From Bacillota bacterium (lineage in GTDB: Bacteria; Bacillota; DTU025), in NCBI GenBank assembly GCA_050951805.1, contig JBMNJT010000002.1, forward strand, positions 288,001-352,000: 64,000 nt of DNA. The letters are read 5' to 3'. The position numbers and the translations under genes are program-made. Of the stretch, positions 40,892 to 51,746 are shown one piece after another (positions within the stretch are counted from its first letter, which is position 1; each line of letters starts with the position of its first letter). The notes under the pieces are model-generated. The model had not been told where the DNA came from. It saw nothing but the letters and a program-made list of their open reading frames with translations, and ran no database searches.

Positions 40892-41317
40892 ATGGGCGAC
40901 AGCATGGGTACTGATACTGGCAGGAAGATTAGGGTTTTGGTCGCAAAGCCAGGTCTCGATGGGCATGACAGAGGTGCCAAAGTTGTGGCACGTGCCCTTC
41001 GTGACGCAGGCATGGAAGTGATATACACAGGGCTCAGGCAGACGCCGGAGCAGATCGTGGCGGCTGCTATTCAGGAAGACGTCGATGTGATCGCCATGTC
41101 GATACTTTCGGGTGCACACAATGTCCTTTTCCCGAAGGTCATGGACCTGCTGCGTGAGAAGGGTGTCGACGATATTCTCGTCGTGGGCGGGGGCATCATC
41201 CCGGATGAGGACATCCCTGCCCTCAAAGAATGTGGCATAGCGGACATATTCACTCCTGGCACAAGTACATCGGAAACGGTTAAGTTCATAGAAGAGAACG
41301 TGAAGAGGCGGTCGTAA
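40892..41317 (+). CDS. Methylmalonyl-CoA mutase, cobalamin-binding small subunit
   Basis: [10 protein letters not shown] (DxHxxG), SILSGAH and GGIIP. Confidence 0.95.
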   Translation: MGDSMGTDTGRKIRVLVAKPGLDGHDRGAKVVARALRDAGMEVIYTGLRQTPEQIVAAAIQEDVDVIAMSILSGAHNVLFPKVMDLLREKGVDDILVVGGGIIPDEDIPALKECGIADIFTPGTSTSETVKFIEENVKRRS

Positions 41318-41319
41318 GC

Positions 41320-42384
41320 ATGGGCCGAACGGAAGTGGTGAGCCGGGCCCTTAGCGGGGATATCCGGGCCGTGTCCCGGCTCATATCCCTCATTGAAGAT
41401 TGTGTTCCAGGATTCGAGGGCCTGTATTCGGAGATCTACCCGTTTACAGGGAAGGCGCACGTAATAGGGATTACCGGTCCGCCCGGATCCGGAAAGAGCA
41501 CACTCGTCGACAAGATGGCGGCGGTGTGCAGGGAACGCGGAAAAACTGTGGGAATAGTGGCGGTCGACCCTACTAGCCCGTTCACAGGCGGGGCGCTTTT
41601 GGGCGATCGTCTTCGAATGCAGCGCCATGCCTTAGATGATGGAGTGTTCATCAGAAGCATGGGCACCAGGGGCCAGCTTGGCGGTATATCGCGTGCTACG
41701 TCTGGCGCGGTGGACGTGCTGGATGCTGCCGGGTATGATTACGTAATCATCGAGACTGTGGGTGTGGGCCAATCCGAGGTGGAGATAGCCTCGATCGCTG
41801 ACACCGTCGTGCTGGTGCAAGTGCCTGGGTTGGGCGATGATATTCAGGTCATAAAGGCCGGCGTAATGGAGATCGGTGATCTGTTCGCCGTGAACAAAAA
41901 AGACCGCCCGGGTGTGGAAAGAGTGGTAGCTGAGATTCGGATAGCTCTGGAGCTCAGTTCCGTTGCGTCTAGGGGAGGCGGCGGAACGAGCAGAATCGCC
42001 GGATCCGCGGGGCATCACGGAGTTTCGGCGCTCGGAGCGGCGGGCTCTGAAAGAGAAGAGACAGTGGACGAGGAGGCAGCGAGGCCCTGTTGGCATCCTC
42101 CGATCCTCCAGACATTGGCTGAGACGGGTGAAGGGGTAGGCGAACTTTTCGACGCCTGCGATGAGCATATGCGTTATCTGGCCGGAACCGGTGAGTTGGA
42201 CGATCGGAGATACAGGCGTGCACGTTCGGAGACGATGCAGATTGCATCGGGAAGGATTTGGCGCGGGCTCACAGACGATCGCGGTGCATTCGCTGCTGCA
42301 GAGGAACTGGCGTGGAAGGTTGCCCGAAGGGAGATCGACCCTTATTCAGCAGGCAATGAGCTTTATGAGATGATCGTCAAATAG
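41320..42384 (+). CDS. meaB: Methylmalonyl-CoA mutase-associated GTPase
   Basis: GPPGSGKS, VDPTSP..GGALLGDRLRM, ETVGVGQSE and NKKD. Confidence 0.95.
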   Translation: MGRTEVVSRALSGDIRAVSRLISLIEDCVPGFEGLYSEIYPFTGKAHVIGITGPPGSGKSTLVDKMAAVCRERGKTVGIVAVDPTSPFTGGALLGDRLRMQRHALDDGVFIRSMGTRGQLGGISRATSGAVDVLDAAGYDYVIIETVGVGQSEVEIASIADTVVLVQVPGLGDDIQVIKAGVMEIGDLFAVNKKDRPGVERVVAEIRIALELSSVASRGGGGTSRIAGSAGHHGVSALGAAGSEREETVDEEAARPCWHPPILQTLAETGEGVGELFDACDEHMRYLAGTGELDDRRYRRARSETMQIASGRIWRGLTDDRGAFAAAEELAWKVARREIDPYSAGNELYEMIVK

Positions 42385-42404
42385 ATTCGCGGGAGGGGAC
42401 TGAT

Positions 42405-42806
42405 TTGGTCAAATCGGTGGACCATATAGGAATTGCGGTGGCAGATCTTGAAGAGGCCCTCAAACTGTATACCGAAACGTTCGGACTTGAGCTCCAAGGA
42501 ACTGAAGTGGTGGAAGAGCAGAAGGTCAAAGTTGCTTTTCTACCTATAGGCGATACGGAGATAGAACTTCTTGAGTCGACCGATCCTGAGGGTCCGATCG
42601 CCAAGTTCATAGAAAAACGGGGACAGGGAATTCAGCACATAGCCTTGAGAGTGGACGACATCGACGCTGCGCTCGATAAGATGCGGGCTGAAGGGATCAG
42701 GCTCATCGACGAGAAGCCTCGCTATGGAGCAGGCGGAGCGCGGATCGCTTTCCTGCATCCGAAAGCTACAGGTGGAGTCCTTATAGAGCTCTGCGAACGC
42801 AAGTAA
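42405..42806 (+). CDS. mce: Methylmalonyl-CoA epimerase
   Basis: DHIGIAV, EIELLES, HIALRVDDI and FLHPKATGGVLIEL. Confidence 0.96.
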   Translation: MVKSVDHIGIAVADLEEALKLYTETFGLELQGTEVVEEQKVKVAFLPIGDTEIELLESTDPEGPIAKFIEKRGQGIQHIALRVDDIDAALDKMRAEGIRLIDEKPRYGAGGARIAFLHPKATGGVLIELCERK

Positions 42807-42821
42807 AGTGAGGTAGACGCT

Positions 42822-43529
42822 ATGCAAGCAAAGAGGCTTCGAAAACTGACCGTATCTATGATTGTTGCCGTAACCCTGGTCGTTGTGACTGCGGGTGCCT
42901 GTTCTGCGCAGGTGGGCGGCGGTGGGAACTCAGTCGGATGGGTTTTCCTCAGGGTTGATGATCTCAATGAATCTCTGGTTGATGCCGAATTCAACCAGCT
43001 TCCCGGCGGCATGCTCACGTGGGGCGGCTATGGAACAGTTGGTGTCGGAAACGGAAAATGGTCCATAGGCGGATGGTATGGTGGAGGCGAGGCCATTTCG
43101 AAGCCTACTGCCGGAGCAGAGCCGAAGATAGCTACTCTTGCGCTCAATTACGGGGGAATCTTGGTTGAATACAGTGCCGTGGATTCTCCGAAAGCCCATG
43201 TCGGATTAGGTACAGTGCTTGGAGGGGGAATGGCGTCGCTTACTACAAAGCGCGGCATGATCTCCGACTTTGACGAGGCGCTGGGCGCGGCCAGCTCTGC
43301 TTCGGTCTGGCGGCCTTATCTTCTGGCGCAGCCCCAGGCATCCATAGCTTTCCCGCTGTCGGCGCTAATCGATATTACGATCACTGGAGGATACTCTCTC
43401 TTGTACAGCCCGACCGGATGGATGGATGGGATGACCTTCAAGGATTCATTCGATGGCCCTATGAAGAGCGCGGGACTGCCCTTTGTGCAGCTATCCTTCA
43501 GCTTCGGGCCGCCGCCTCTGGGAATATAG
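42822..43529 (+). CDS. Exported protein, probable outer-membrane beta-barrel
   Basis: Signal peptide; Gly/aromatic alternating strands (YGGILVEY, ITGGYS) and terminal strand VQLSFSFG. Confidence 0.6.
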   Translation: MQAKRLRKLTVSMIVAVTLVVVTAGACSAQVGGGGNSVGWVFLRVDDLNESLVDAEFNQLPGGMLTWGGYGTVGVGNGKWSIGGWYGGGEAISKPTAGAEPKIATLALNYGGILVEYSAVDSPKAHVGLGTVLGGGMASLTTKRGMISDFDEALGAASSASVWRPYLLAQPQASIAFPLSALIDITITGGYSLLYSPTGWMDGMTFKDSFDGPMKSAGLPFVQLSFSFGPPPLGI

Positions 43530-43579
43530 CGGCAAAGCCTGCGATTTCCAAGTGAATCGAGCGCGGCTGGAGCAGTTGC

Positions 43580-43627
43580 AGTCCCCTGCCCTGGTGATGC
43601 ATCACGAGGCAGGGGACTTGCTTTTTT
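43580..43627 (+). terminator. Intrinsic terminator of the mutase operon
   Basis: AGTCCCCTGCC pairs with GGCAGGGGACT, followed by TGCTTTTTT. Confidence 0.8.
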
Positions 43628-43952
43628 GCGAAAGGCGCTCGGGTGGATGGATCTAGCCTTCCAGAGTGTTGCTGCAGCTGCTCGCATTCGCAAATGCCTG
43701 AGGCTGCGGTGATTTGGGCAAAGCGATGTTCTCCCACAAACCTGGCATAGTAGCGGCAACGTTACGTATCTCGTCGCAGGATACGTGGGCGTAATCTCTG
43801 CGAGGCCGCTTTTCGATGCAGAAATTGCTTCGATGGTGGGGACAACTTGCTTGCGGGAGCACGGATTTGGCTGAGTGGGCGTGAGTGGAGTGCTTCCGCA
43901 GTTTGCGCCACAGCTTGTGGATGAACTACAGCTTTTGTTGGGGGGTGTGACC

Positions 43953-44220
43953 ATGGTCGATGACGGCATTCATGGATGGAATGTGCCTGAAATAAGGGAG
44001 GCGGTATTTTGGTGGTCGGAGGAACGCGCCGAGCTTGTTATGGCTGATGCAATGGAAAGGGCGCGTCGTATTGCTGATCTTCTAGGAACTCGCTATTCGG
44101 CCCCTGCGGTCACGCTGTATGGATCCCTCGCAGAAGGTTGCATCCTAGTTGAAGGGTTCAGGGGCGATTACTGGGAAATGTACGTCATGGCTGACGAGAT
44201 AGCCGACCCTTTGAGCATGC
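43953..44220 (+). pseudogene. Decayed minimal nucleotidyltransferase (MNT antitoxin)
   Basis: ARRIADLL...VTLYGSLAEG is present, but the following SDxD catalytic segment is deleted (GSLAEGCILVEG). Confidence 0.65.
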
Positions 44221-44239
44221 GCGGGAAAGGGGGATCTGC

Positions 44240-44660
44240 ATTTCAGACCAGAGGACTACCTGGTGATTCAGGCCCGAATAGCCAAGGAACGAGAGAATCT
44301 TAGTCACCTCATCTATCCTGTGGCGGTTTCCGCTTGTAGGCATTGCGCATACTCGGATCGATGCTCCACGATTTCTACACGTTCGTGGAGAACATCGCCA
44401 AGACCGTGGCTATGAGGATTGATGGGCATGACTGGCACAGAGAAGTTGCTGGAGCAGATGAATCCCCGGACTCTGTCCGCCGCTCTTGTCCAGCGGCACA
44501 GCTGCGCTCCTCGACAGGTTCCGTGCGTGTTCAGGAACATCTACGGATTTCAACCGGATGCAGATCGGACGCTAGAGTTGGTCTGCGATATGCACAAGAC
44601 TGTGTCGGCGCTCAACTCTGACCTGGACTGTCACGTACGTGAGATCGACCGCATAACACG
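44240..44660 (+). pseudogene. Frameshifted HEPN (HepT-like) toxin
   Basis: Pieces in different frames: YLVIQARIAKERENL, LHDFYTFVENI..TVA.RIDG.DWHR, LLEQM, VFRNIYGF. Confidence 0.7.
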
Positions 44661-44836
44661 GTGGAAGCCAGAAGAGCCTTTGGCCACCTCCGGAGAGAGA
44701 AGAGAACATCCCCCGTCCGTCTGGCCTTGTATTGGCCGGGAGGAACGGGGGATGACGAGTTCTGTCTGCCCATCTGAACATTGGCACATGCCGGTGCGAT
44801 TATCCAATCACCTGCTCATCACGGATGTCAACTCGT

Positions 44837-45967
44837 CTATCCAAACCTAGACAGCAGAACTCCCGCGACTATTGCAGAACCTATGACTCCTGCTACGTTG
44901 GGCCCCATGGCGTGCATTAGCAGGAAGTTGCCTGGGTTTTCATCTTGGGCCACTGTCTGCACAACGCGGGCCGCCATGGGAACGGCTGATACGCCGGCTG
45001 CTCCGATAAGCGGGTTGACCTTGCCCTTAGTAAGTCGGCACATAAGGTTTCCCAGCAACACTCCGCCTGCTGTGCCCCCTGAGAACGCCACAAGCCCCAA
45101 GAGAATTATGCTTATAGTCTGCCATGTCAAAAAGCTTTCGGCACTGGCTGTTGCTCCTACAGTGAGCCCCAAGAAGATGGTGACTATGTTGATCAGCTCG
45201 TTCTGGGCCGTCTTTGAAAGCCTGTCTACAACGCCGGATTCGCGGAACAGGTTGCCCAGCATGAGCATTCCCACCAAGGCTGCAGCCGATGGCAGCATCA
45301 GTCCTACAACGACAGTCACTATGATTGGGAAGAGTATCTTCTCCTTCTTGGATACGGGACGAAGCTGCTCCATCACGATTTGACGGTCCTCTTTGCGTGT
45401 AAGGGCACGCATAATAGGAGGCTGGATTATCGGCACTAAGGCCATGTAGGAGTAGGCAGCTATTGCTATCGGGCCCAGAAGTTCCGGTGCTAGCCTGCTC
45501 GTGACGAATATAGCTGTTGGGCCGTCTGCGCCGCCGATGATGCCGATCGACCCCGCTTGCGCCGGCGAAAACCCTAGGAGCAGTGCGCCGAGAAACGTGA
45601 TGAATATTCCGAACTGAGCGGCGGCTCCCAGGAAGATCGTAGACGGATTGGCAAGCAGGGGACCGAAGTCGGTCATTGCGCCTACGCCCAGAAATATGAG
45701 TGGCGGGTATATGCCTAACTTGACGCCTTGGTAAAGATAGTAGAGCAATCCTCCAACAATGCCGTCTTGCGGACCCTCCATGAGCCCAGCAGCCGGCAGG
45801 TTTGCTAAGAGCATTCCAAAAGAGATCGGAAGAAGGAGCAGCGGCTCAAACTTCTTTACTATCGCCAGGTACATGAGGCAGCCCGCGATAGCGAACATGA
45901 CGAGTTCTTTCCATGTCAGGACAGCAAAGCCCGTACTGTATAGGAACTCGACGACTGCTTCTTGCAC
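44837..45967 (-). CDS. mmdB: Na+-translocating decarboxylase beta subunit
   Basis: [45 protein letters not shown] and HAMGPN. Confidence 0.95.
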   Translation of the reverse strand: MQEAVVEFLYSTGFAVLTWKELVMFAIAGCLMYLAIVKKFEPLLLLPISFGMLLANLPAAGLMEGPQDGIVGGLLYYLYQGVKLGIYPPLIFLGVGAMTDFGPLLANPSTIFLGAAAQFGIFITFLGALLLGFSPAQAGSIGIIGGADGPTAIFVTSRLAPELLGPIAIAAYSYMALVPIIQPPIMRALTRKEDRQIVMEQLRPVSKKEKILFPIIVTVVVGLMLPSAAALVGMLMLGNLFRESGVVDRLSKTAQNELINIVTIFLGLTVGATASAESFLTWQTISIILLGLVAFSGGTAGGVLLGNLMCRLTKGKVNPLIGAAGVSAVPMAARVVQTVAQDENPGNFLLMHAMGPNVAGVIGSAIVAGVLLSRFG

Positions 45968-45983
45968 TGAAAGTCGCCCTCCT

Positions 45984-46382
45984 TTAGGCCGGGTCTATGG
46001 ATACTAGGAGATCTCCGGTGTTGACCGAGGCCCCCTTCTCTACTGCTATATGCGTTACGACGCCTGATCTGCCCGCAAAAATCTCATTTTCCATCTTCAT
46101 AGCTTCCAGCATCGCCACAACAGTCCGCGGTTCGACTTTGTCGCCCACCTTGACCTTGATGTCGATTATCGTGCCTGGCATGGGTGCGGTGACTGATGTG
46201 CCGCGACCTGATGCCGCCGGTTTTTTGGAAGCTGCAGGCTTTGCAGGGCCCGCGGACACAGGGGCGCTGGGAGTCGGCGCTGCTGGAGCGGGTTGGGCGG
46301 CCGCCGGCGTTCCCATTCCGCCGATCTCTTCTACTTCGACTTCATAAGTGGTTCCGTTGACTTGAACCCGAAACCTTCTCAC
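45984..46382 (-). CDS. mmdC: Biotin carboxyl carrier subunit of the decarboxylase
   Basis: Ala/Pro linker, APMPG and EAMKM biotinylation motif. Confidence 0.95.
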   Translation of the reverse strand: MRRFRVQVNGTTYEVEVEEIGGMGTPAAAQPAPAAPTPSAPVSAGPAKPAASKKPAASGRGTSVTAPMPGTIIDIKVKVGDKVEPRTVVAMLEAMKMENEIFAGRSGVVTHIAVEKGASVNTGDLLVSIDPA

Positions 46383-46431
46383 TTGAACAATCCCCCTCGA
46401 AATCGGATTGAACTTGGTATTTAGATCCCCG

Positions 46432-46848
46432 TTATGCCCTGGATCGTCCGGACATCAGATCTTGCCTGCCGGCAAGCCCCCAGAGGTTCGCGGCGACTGG
46501 GCCTACCTGTGTAACGGATTTTACACGGACCGGGGCTGCTCCTTCTTCCATCAGTATCGCCATTACAGCCGCGATCGCGGCAACCTGCTCTTCTGAATAG
46601 TCTTCTGCGCGCCCTTCAAATTCGGAACCGCGATGTGTTAGCTCCTCATCGTCTGACGCTGTGATTTCGTCGCGTATCTCGGTTTCAGCCCTGTCCCCGA
46701 CTGCGTATCCCGCGGGTGCGCGCTTGCGATCTGAGGCGCGTCCCATTAGGATCATTATGACCTGAAGGATGGCCAGACCGATGAAGGTGACCACCATTCC
46801 CAGAACCAGGGTTTGCAGGCCGAGGATTAGTTCTTCACCTACAGTCAT
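46432..46848 (-). CDS. mmdD: OadG/MmdD-family anchor subunit
   Basis: Single N-terminal TM (LGMVVTF), VAAIAA segment and C-terminal W...GR. Confidence 0.85.
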   Translation of the reverse strand: MTVGEELILGLQTLVLGMVVTFIGLAILQVIMILMGRASDRKRAPAGYAVGDRAETEIRDEITASDDEELTHRGSEFEGRAEDYSEEQVAAIAAVMAILMEEGAAPVRVKSVTQVGPVAANLWGLAGRQDLMSGRSRA

Positions 46849-46863
46849 AGAATCTTCCCCCAA

Positions 46864-48414
46864 TCATACAGGAATGTTCCCGTGCTTCTTGGGAGGTCGA
46901 GTCTCCCGCTTAGTTGAGAGCATGTCCAATGCATCCATAAGCCGTCGGCGGGTTTCTGCCGGATCGATCACATCATCCACATATCCACGTTTGGCCGCGG
47001 CATACGGGTTGGCAAACTTCGACCTGTACTCGGCTATTTTTTCGGCCCTGGCAGCCTCAGGATCTTGGGCTGCTGTAATCTCCTTGCGGAAGATGATGTT
47101 TGCTGCCCCGTCTGGGCCCATAACAGCTATTTCAGCATCAGGCCACGCGTAGACCACATCTGCCCCGAGGTCGCGGCTGCACATGGCGAGATATGCTCCG
47201 CCGTAGGCCTTGCGGACTATCAATGTGATCTTGGGAACTGTGGCTTCGGAGTAAGCATAGAGAAGCTTGGCTCCGTGACGTATGATTCCCCCGGTCTCCT
47301 GGTTGACTCCAGGGAGGAACCCGGGAACGTCAACTAGGTTGATTATGGGGATGTTGAATGCGTCGCAGAACCTGATAAACCGCGCCGCTTTGTCGGACGC
47401 ATTGATGTCAAGGCAGCCTGCAGCTACTTGCGGCTGATTCGCGATGATGCCGATGGGCCGCCCTCCTAGGCGTGCGAAACCCACGATTATGTTCCTGGCA
47501 TAATGCTGGTGAACCTCGAAGAAGTCGCCATCGTCAACAAAGCGGAGTATCACATCGTGCATGCTATAAGGTCTGTTTGACTCTTCAGGCACAATCTCCC
47601 TGAGTTCAGGTATGATCTCGGCTGACGATGCATTTTCCAGGGCTTGAACGGGGGGATCTTCCAGATTGTTCGACGGCAGATAGGAGACGAGTTTTCGGAT
47701 AGCCAAGAAGCAGTCATCTTCAGTGTCATACATAAAATGCGCCACGCCGCTCACGGTATTGTGAGTAGTGGGGCCGCCAAGTTCGTCTGCGCTAACCTCT
47801 TCTCCCGTCACTGTCTTGATTACCTGTGGACCGGTGATAAACATGTTTGCGCCTTGAACCATGAATATGAAGTCTGTCAGAGCGGGGGAGTAAACTGCAC
47901 CGCCGGCGCACGGACCCATGATCACGGATATCTGAGGTACAACGCCTGAGGCTATGGTGTTTCTGTAGAAGATCTGCCCATACCCTGACAGGGCGTCGAC
48001 GCCCTCCTGGATCCTCGCTCCTCCCGAATCGTTGATGCCGATGACCGGTGCTCCGACTTTCATTGCCAGATCCATGACTTTGCAGATTTTCTTTGCGTGC
48101 ATCTCCCCGAGGGATCCGCCCATTACCGTGAAGTCTTGAGCGAAAATGAAGACTTTGCGACCGTCTATAGTTCCATAGCCGGTTACAACCCCTTCGCCCG
48201 GCAGTTCTTGCTCAGGCATTCCAAATTCCTGGCACCTGTGCTCCACGAACATGTCCAGTTCAGTGAAACTGCCCGGATCCAGAAGCCGCTCAATTCGCTC
48301 CCTTGCGGTCAATTTGCCGCTAGCATGCTGCTTCTCGATCCTCTTTGGACCGCCTCCCTGAATGACTTTTTCTCTTTGGGCCTTCAACTCGCGGAGCCTG
48401 TCGTTATCGCCCAC
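46864..48414 (-). CDS. mmdA: Acyl-CoA carboxyltransferase, methylmalonyl-CoA decarboxylase alpha subunit
   Basis: [43 protein letters not shown] and KKHGNIP. Confidence 0.93.
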   Translation of the reverse strand: MGDNDRLRELKAQREKVIQGGGPKRIEKQHASGKLTARERIERLLDPGSFTELDMFVEHRCQEFGMPEQELPGEGVVTGYGTIDGRKVFIFAQDFTVMGGSLGEMHAKKICKVMDLAMKVGAPVIGINDSGGARIQEGVDALSGYGQIFYRNTIASGVVPQISVIMGPCAGGAVYSPALTDFIFMVQGANMFITGPQVIKTVTGEEVSADELGGPTTHNTVSGVAHFMYDTEDDCFLAIRKLVSYLPSNNLEDPPVQALENASSAEIIPELREIVPEESNRPYSMHDVILRFVDDGDFFEVHQHYARNIIVGFARLGGRPIGIIANQPQVAAGCLDINASDKAARFIRFCDAFNIPIINLVDVPGFLPGVNQETGGIIRHGAKLLYAYSEATVPKITLIVRKAYGGAYLAMCSRDLGADVVYAWPDAEIAVMGPDGAANIIFRKEITAAQDPEAARAEKIAEYRSKFANPYAAAKRGYVDDVIDPAETRRRLMDALDMLSTKRETRPPKKHGNIPV

Positions 48415-48710
48415 ATAAACTCACCTCGCATCATTGTTCAAACAGGCCATTGTATCTCGGCGTGATACAGCTGATACATGAGAAGCCACCGCGCATGTGC
48501 GCGGCGACATATGGATACCGCTTACATTATACACTTAGATGGCGTTTGGGGCTAGGAGCTGGGTGGGTTGGATGGAAAATCCGATGTAATATTGGCACCC
48601 TCTAAAACATAAAAGATGGGAATTGACTTTCGAGTGTAATAGAGGAATGGGACGGCGTATGAAGTATCATTCCAGGTAAATGAAGAGCTTTGTAAGACGC
48701 TATATGAAGG

Positions 48711-49781
48711 GTGGCACGGAAGATGGAATGGATTGAGCTTAGGAGCGACACTCTTACGCTCCCAACTGAAGAGATGAGAGACGCTATGCGCAATGCCAAG
48801 GTCGGAGATGATGTTTGGGGTGAGGATCCCACCGTAATCCGCCTTGAAGAGCTGGCTGCGAAGAAGGTGGGAAAGGAGGCGGCCCTGTTCTTGCCGTCTG
48901 GGACGATGGGTAATCTCGTGGCTGTCATGACACATTGCAGCAGGGGGGATGAGATCATTCTCGAGGCGGAAAGCCACATCTACTACTATGAAGTGGGGGG
49001 CTTGTCGGCTGTGGCCGGAGCGGTGCCTCGGCTTGTCTTGGGTAATAGCGGTGTGCTCGATCCAGACGATGTAAGGGCTGCGATCCGCGAATCGAATATC
49101 CATTACGCTCCAACAACGTGCCTTGCCATTGAGAATACACACAATCGCGGAGGAGGGACTGTGACTGATCTAACCATCCTTGCAGCTCTCCACGATGTTG
49201 CGAAGGATCGCGGGCTTTCGATACACATGGACGGTGCCAGGATTTTCAATGCCGCTATCGCGCTTGGGGTAGATGCATCCCAGATCGCCTGTCACGTGGA
49301 TTCGGTCATGTTCTGCCTTTCCAAAGGCTTGTCGGCGCCTGTAGGCTCCATGCTTGCGGGGGACGCTGACTTCATTGCCCGAGCGAGGAAGAACCGGAAG
49401 ATGGTTGGCGGAGGGATGAGGCAAGCCGGTGTGCTTGCGGCAGCCGGGATAGTGGCGCTAGAGAAGATGGTGGACAGGCTTGCCGAGGATCATGCAAATG
49501 CCCGCGCGTTGGCGGAAGCTTTGGTGGACGTGCCGGGGATTGAAATCGATCTTTCGACTGTAGAGACTAATATGGTGGTCTTCGATCTTTCGCGCCTGGG
49601 GATCGGATCTAACGAGTTCGCTGCCGAACTGAGCGCGGAGGGGGTCCGCGTCAGCACCAGGCCGCCCCATGGTCTGAGGGCCGTGACCAACAGGCATTTC
49701 ACAGCTGACGATGTTGAGCGGGCTGCTCAGGCAGTAAGGACTGTCTGCTGCAGGCATGCCGCTCCGTGCAGCGGCGCATAG
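48711..49781 (+). CDS. ltaE: Low-specificity L-threonine aldolase
   Basis: LRSDT, GDDV.GEDPT, SGTMGN, ENTHN, HMDGAR, CLSKGL and GGGMRQAG. Confidence 0.95.
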   Translation: MARKMEWIELRSDTLTLPTEEMRDAMRNAKVGDDVWGEDPTVIRLEELAAKKVGKEAALFLPSGTMGNLVAVMTHCSRGDEIILEAESHIYYYEVGGLSAVAGAVPRLVLGNSGVLDPDDVRAAIRESNIHYAPTTCLAIENTHNRGGGTVTDLTILAALHDVAKDRGLSIHMDGARIFNAAIALGVDASQIACHVDSVMFCLSKGLSAPVGSMLAGDADFIARARKNRKMVGGGMRQAGVLAAAGIVALEKMVDRLAEDHANARALAEALVDVPGIEIDLSTVETNMVVFDLSRLGIGSNEFAAELSAEGVRVSTRPPHGLRAVTNRHFTADDVERAAQAVRTVCCRHAAPCSGA

Positions 49782-49891
49782 CCCGTTTGAGTCTGCTTTC
49801 GGGCAGTCCGCAGCGAAGGATGGGTCATGATATGCAAGACGCCCGGCGAATAGAATGTGGTGATCATTCTGGCCTGGGGAGGGACATCGAG

Positions 49892-50398
49892 ATGATCGGG
49901 CTTGTATCCATCATCATTTTCTGGGCTGCTATAGTGCCGCTGATCACCCTCATCCATAATCTTGGCCATGCTGCAGCCGCCTTGGCTCTCGTCCCTGAAC
50001 ATGGTGTTGTGGTCCGTTTGGGGTCGGATCCCAAGATTTCGCTGGTCAGGCGGGGGAGGCTGGAGGTGTTGCTTCAGCCTTGGAGCGGATGGGTCGGGCG
50101 CTGGGGATGGACTGCAGGTGTTGTGGAGGCTAGGCGGGCGCACTTTGTTTGGATCATGTTGGCCGGTCCTTTGGCATCGATCCTTGCGGCATTGCTTTTT
50201 GGCGTAGTGAAGAGCATGTTCGCTGCGGGGCCCCTGTTCATGCGCGACCTGGCGCAGGCCGGGATGGTTGCGGCGATAATACAGTTCGCTGCTTCGATAT
50301 TGCCCGTGACGTATCCGTCTTGGCTCATAGGGTATTCTGACATGTGGAGTGACGGCCTTCGCCTATGGCGTTGCCTTGCAGGGAAGACAACTGAATAG
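49892..50398 (+). CDS. M50-like membrane protein with HNLGH in place of HExxH
   Basis: LIHNLGH, LAGP and SDG motifs in M50 order; GGGAGG RBS before ATG 49892. Confidence 0.7.
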   Translation: MIGLVSIIIFWAAIVPLITLIHNLGHAAAALALVPEHGVVVRLGSDPKISLVRRGRLEVLLQPWSGWVGRWGWTAGVVEARRAHFVWIMLAGPLASILAALLFGVVKSMFAAGPLFMRDLAQAGMVAAIIQFAASILPVTYPSWLIGYSDMWSDGLRLWRCLAGKTTE

Positions 50399-50889
50399 CC
50401 GCGGCGCCTCCAGCCTGGCAGGAGATGGAGGCGGCTGAGGGGAACGAGCGGCGGTGACGATCCTGATTTGGAGGAAGAGATCGCAAATGGCCGGGTCGGT
50501 GTGAATCGTTCTTGTTGCGGTTGCTGCGCACTTTTCACGCTCATCCATGAAGTTGCTCTTGCGTTCGTGTTGCAACATGATGCTTCCACATGGTTTTAGT
50601 GCGGCTGCTAGGTGCATGGGAAGGACGAATCAGCCTCCGATTGACTCCTGCGCCGGCACGGATCAGGCAGCGCCGAAGGCCTTTATGGGACCTCAGGTTT
50701 GAACTTCAGATAGTGCAGCGCAGCCCCCTCACATTGGCACTGCTCAAATGCTGGTTGAGAGTTGCTCTTGTTGCGAGGGAGCCGAAATGGGCCTGTGGCT
50801 ATTGTTTCTATAAAAGGACATCATTTTCTCTGCATAAGGTCATTAACTGAGGCCGTTAGCTGAAGAAGCTGTCCGTCTTATGCTACTTC

Positions 50890-51468
50890 TCAGATATAGC
50901 AGACGTTTGTGGTATTCTCGCGGCGTGCCTGAACATACTCGTCTTTCGTGATGCCCATGAGAATCATGTCCCAGTAGTGCCCGTCGTAGTAGCGTTGCTG
51001 GCGTACGCGGCCTTCGTCCCGGAACCCGCACTTGAGGTAGCACCGATGGGCACGTTCGTTGTATTCGAATACAGTGAGGTTGACTTTGTGCATGTTGAGG
51101 AAGTCGAAGGCGAAACCGAGGGCAAGATCGATGGCTTCACCGCCTAAGCCCTGTCCCAACATTTCTTCCCGGCCTATTACAATTCCAAGCTCGCAGTTGC
51201 GGTTTCGCCAGTCTATTTGGTGCAAGCCCACTGCGCCTACGTACTCCAGCTGGGGGTCATCGGTGAGGGCTATCACAAACTGGCCCTCGCTCGGCACGTG
51301 CTCCTTGCGGAGCTGCTGCTCGATGTAGGCTTCGGTCTCTTCCAATGTTTGCGGGAACATCATGAATCCCAGATACTTCGTTATGTTCTCATTACCTATC
51401 CATTCCTGGATGCGCCCTGCATCCTCTTTGCGAAATTCGCGAAGAACGACTCTGTTGCCACGGAGCAT
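50890..51468 (-). CDS. GNAT N-acetyltransferase (RimJ/RimL type)
   Basis: ELGIVIG...GQGLGG, LNMHKVNL.V...NERA...Y.KCGF. Confidence 0.9.
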   Translation of the reverse strand: MLRGNRVVLREFRKEDAGRIQEWIGNENITKYLGFMMFPQTLEETEAYIEQQLRKEHVPSEGQFVIALTDDPQLEYVGAVGLHQIDWRNRNCELGIVIGREEMLGQGLGGEAIDLALGFAFDFLNMHKVNLTVFEYNERAHRCYLKCGFRDEGRVRQQRYYDGHYWDMILMGITKDEYVQARRENTTNVCYI

Positions 51469-51746
51469 CGATTTCGCCTCCTAGCTGTGCTTGCTGAAGG
51501 GGGGTGCGTTTCGTACACCGCGTCTGTCTCGATATTGATTGTGCGGTCGGCCTAGCTGCGGGCTGCTTTGGCAGAGAAAGTATGGGCTGTCAGACTCGAA
51601 AAGAGACGGATCCTATACGACCTGATCCTGCACCGACCAGTAGTTTGTCAACATCGCTTACGATGCCGAGGCCTGCCTTGTCTGATTGATGCTCAGTTCT
51701 TTGGAGCCGTCAGGCGCTCCATCACAGCTTGCCTTAAGGGAACGCT

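Noticed and set aside
43316-43969. 217-aa minus-strand ORF
   Set aside because: It overlaps the barrel gene and its terminator in antisense and has no motifs.
51570-51587. 13-bp match (AGAAAGTATGGGC) to the repeat unit at 338-401
   Set aside because: A single short match without flanking similarity; compatible with chance.
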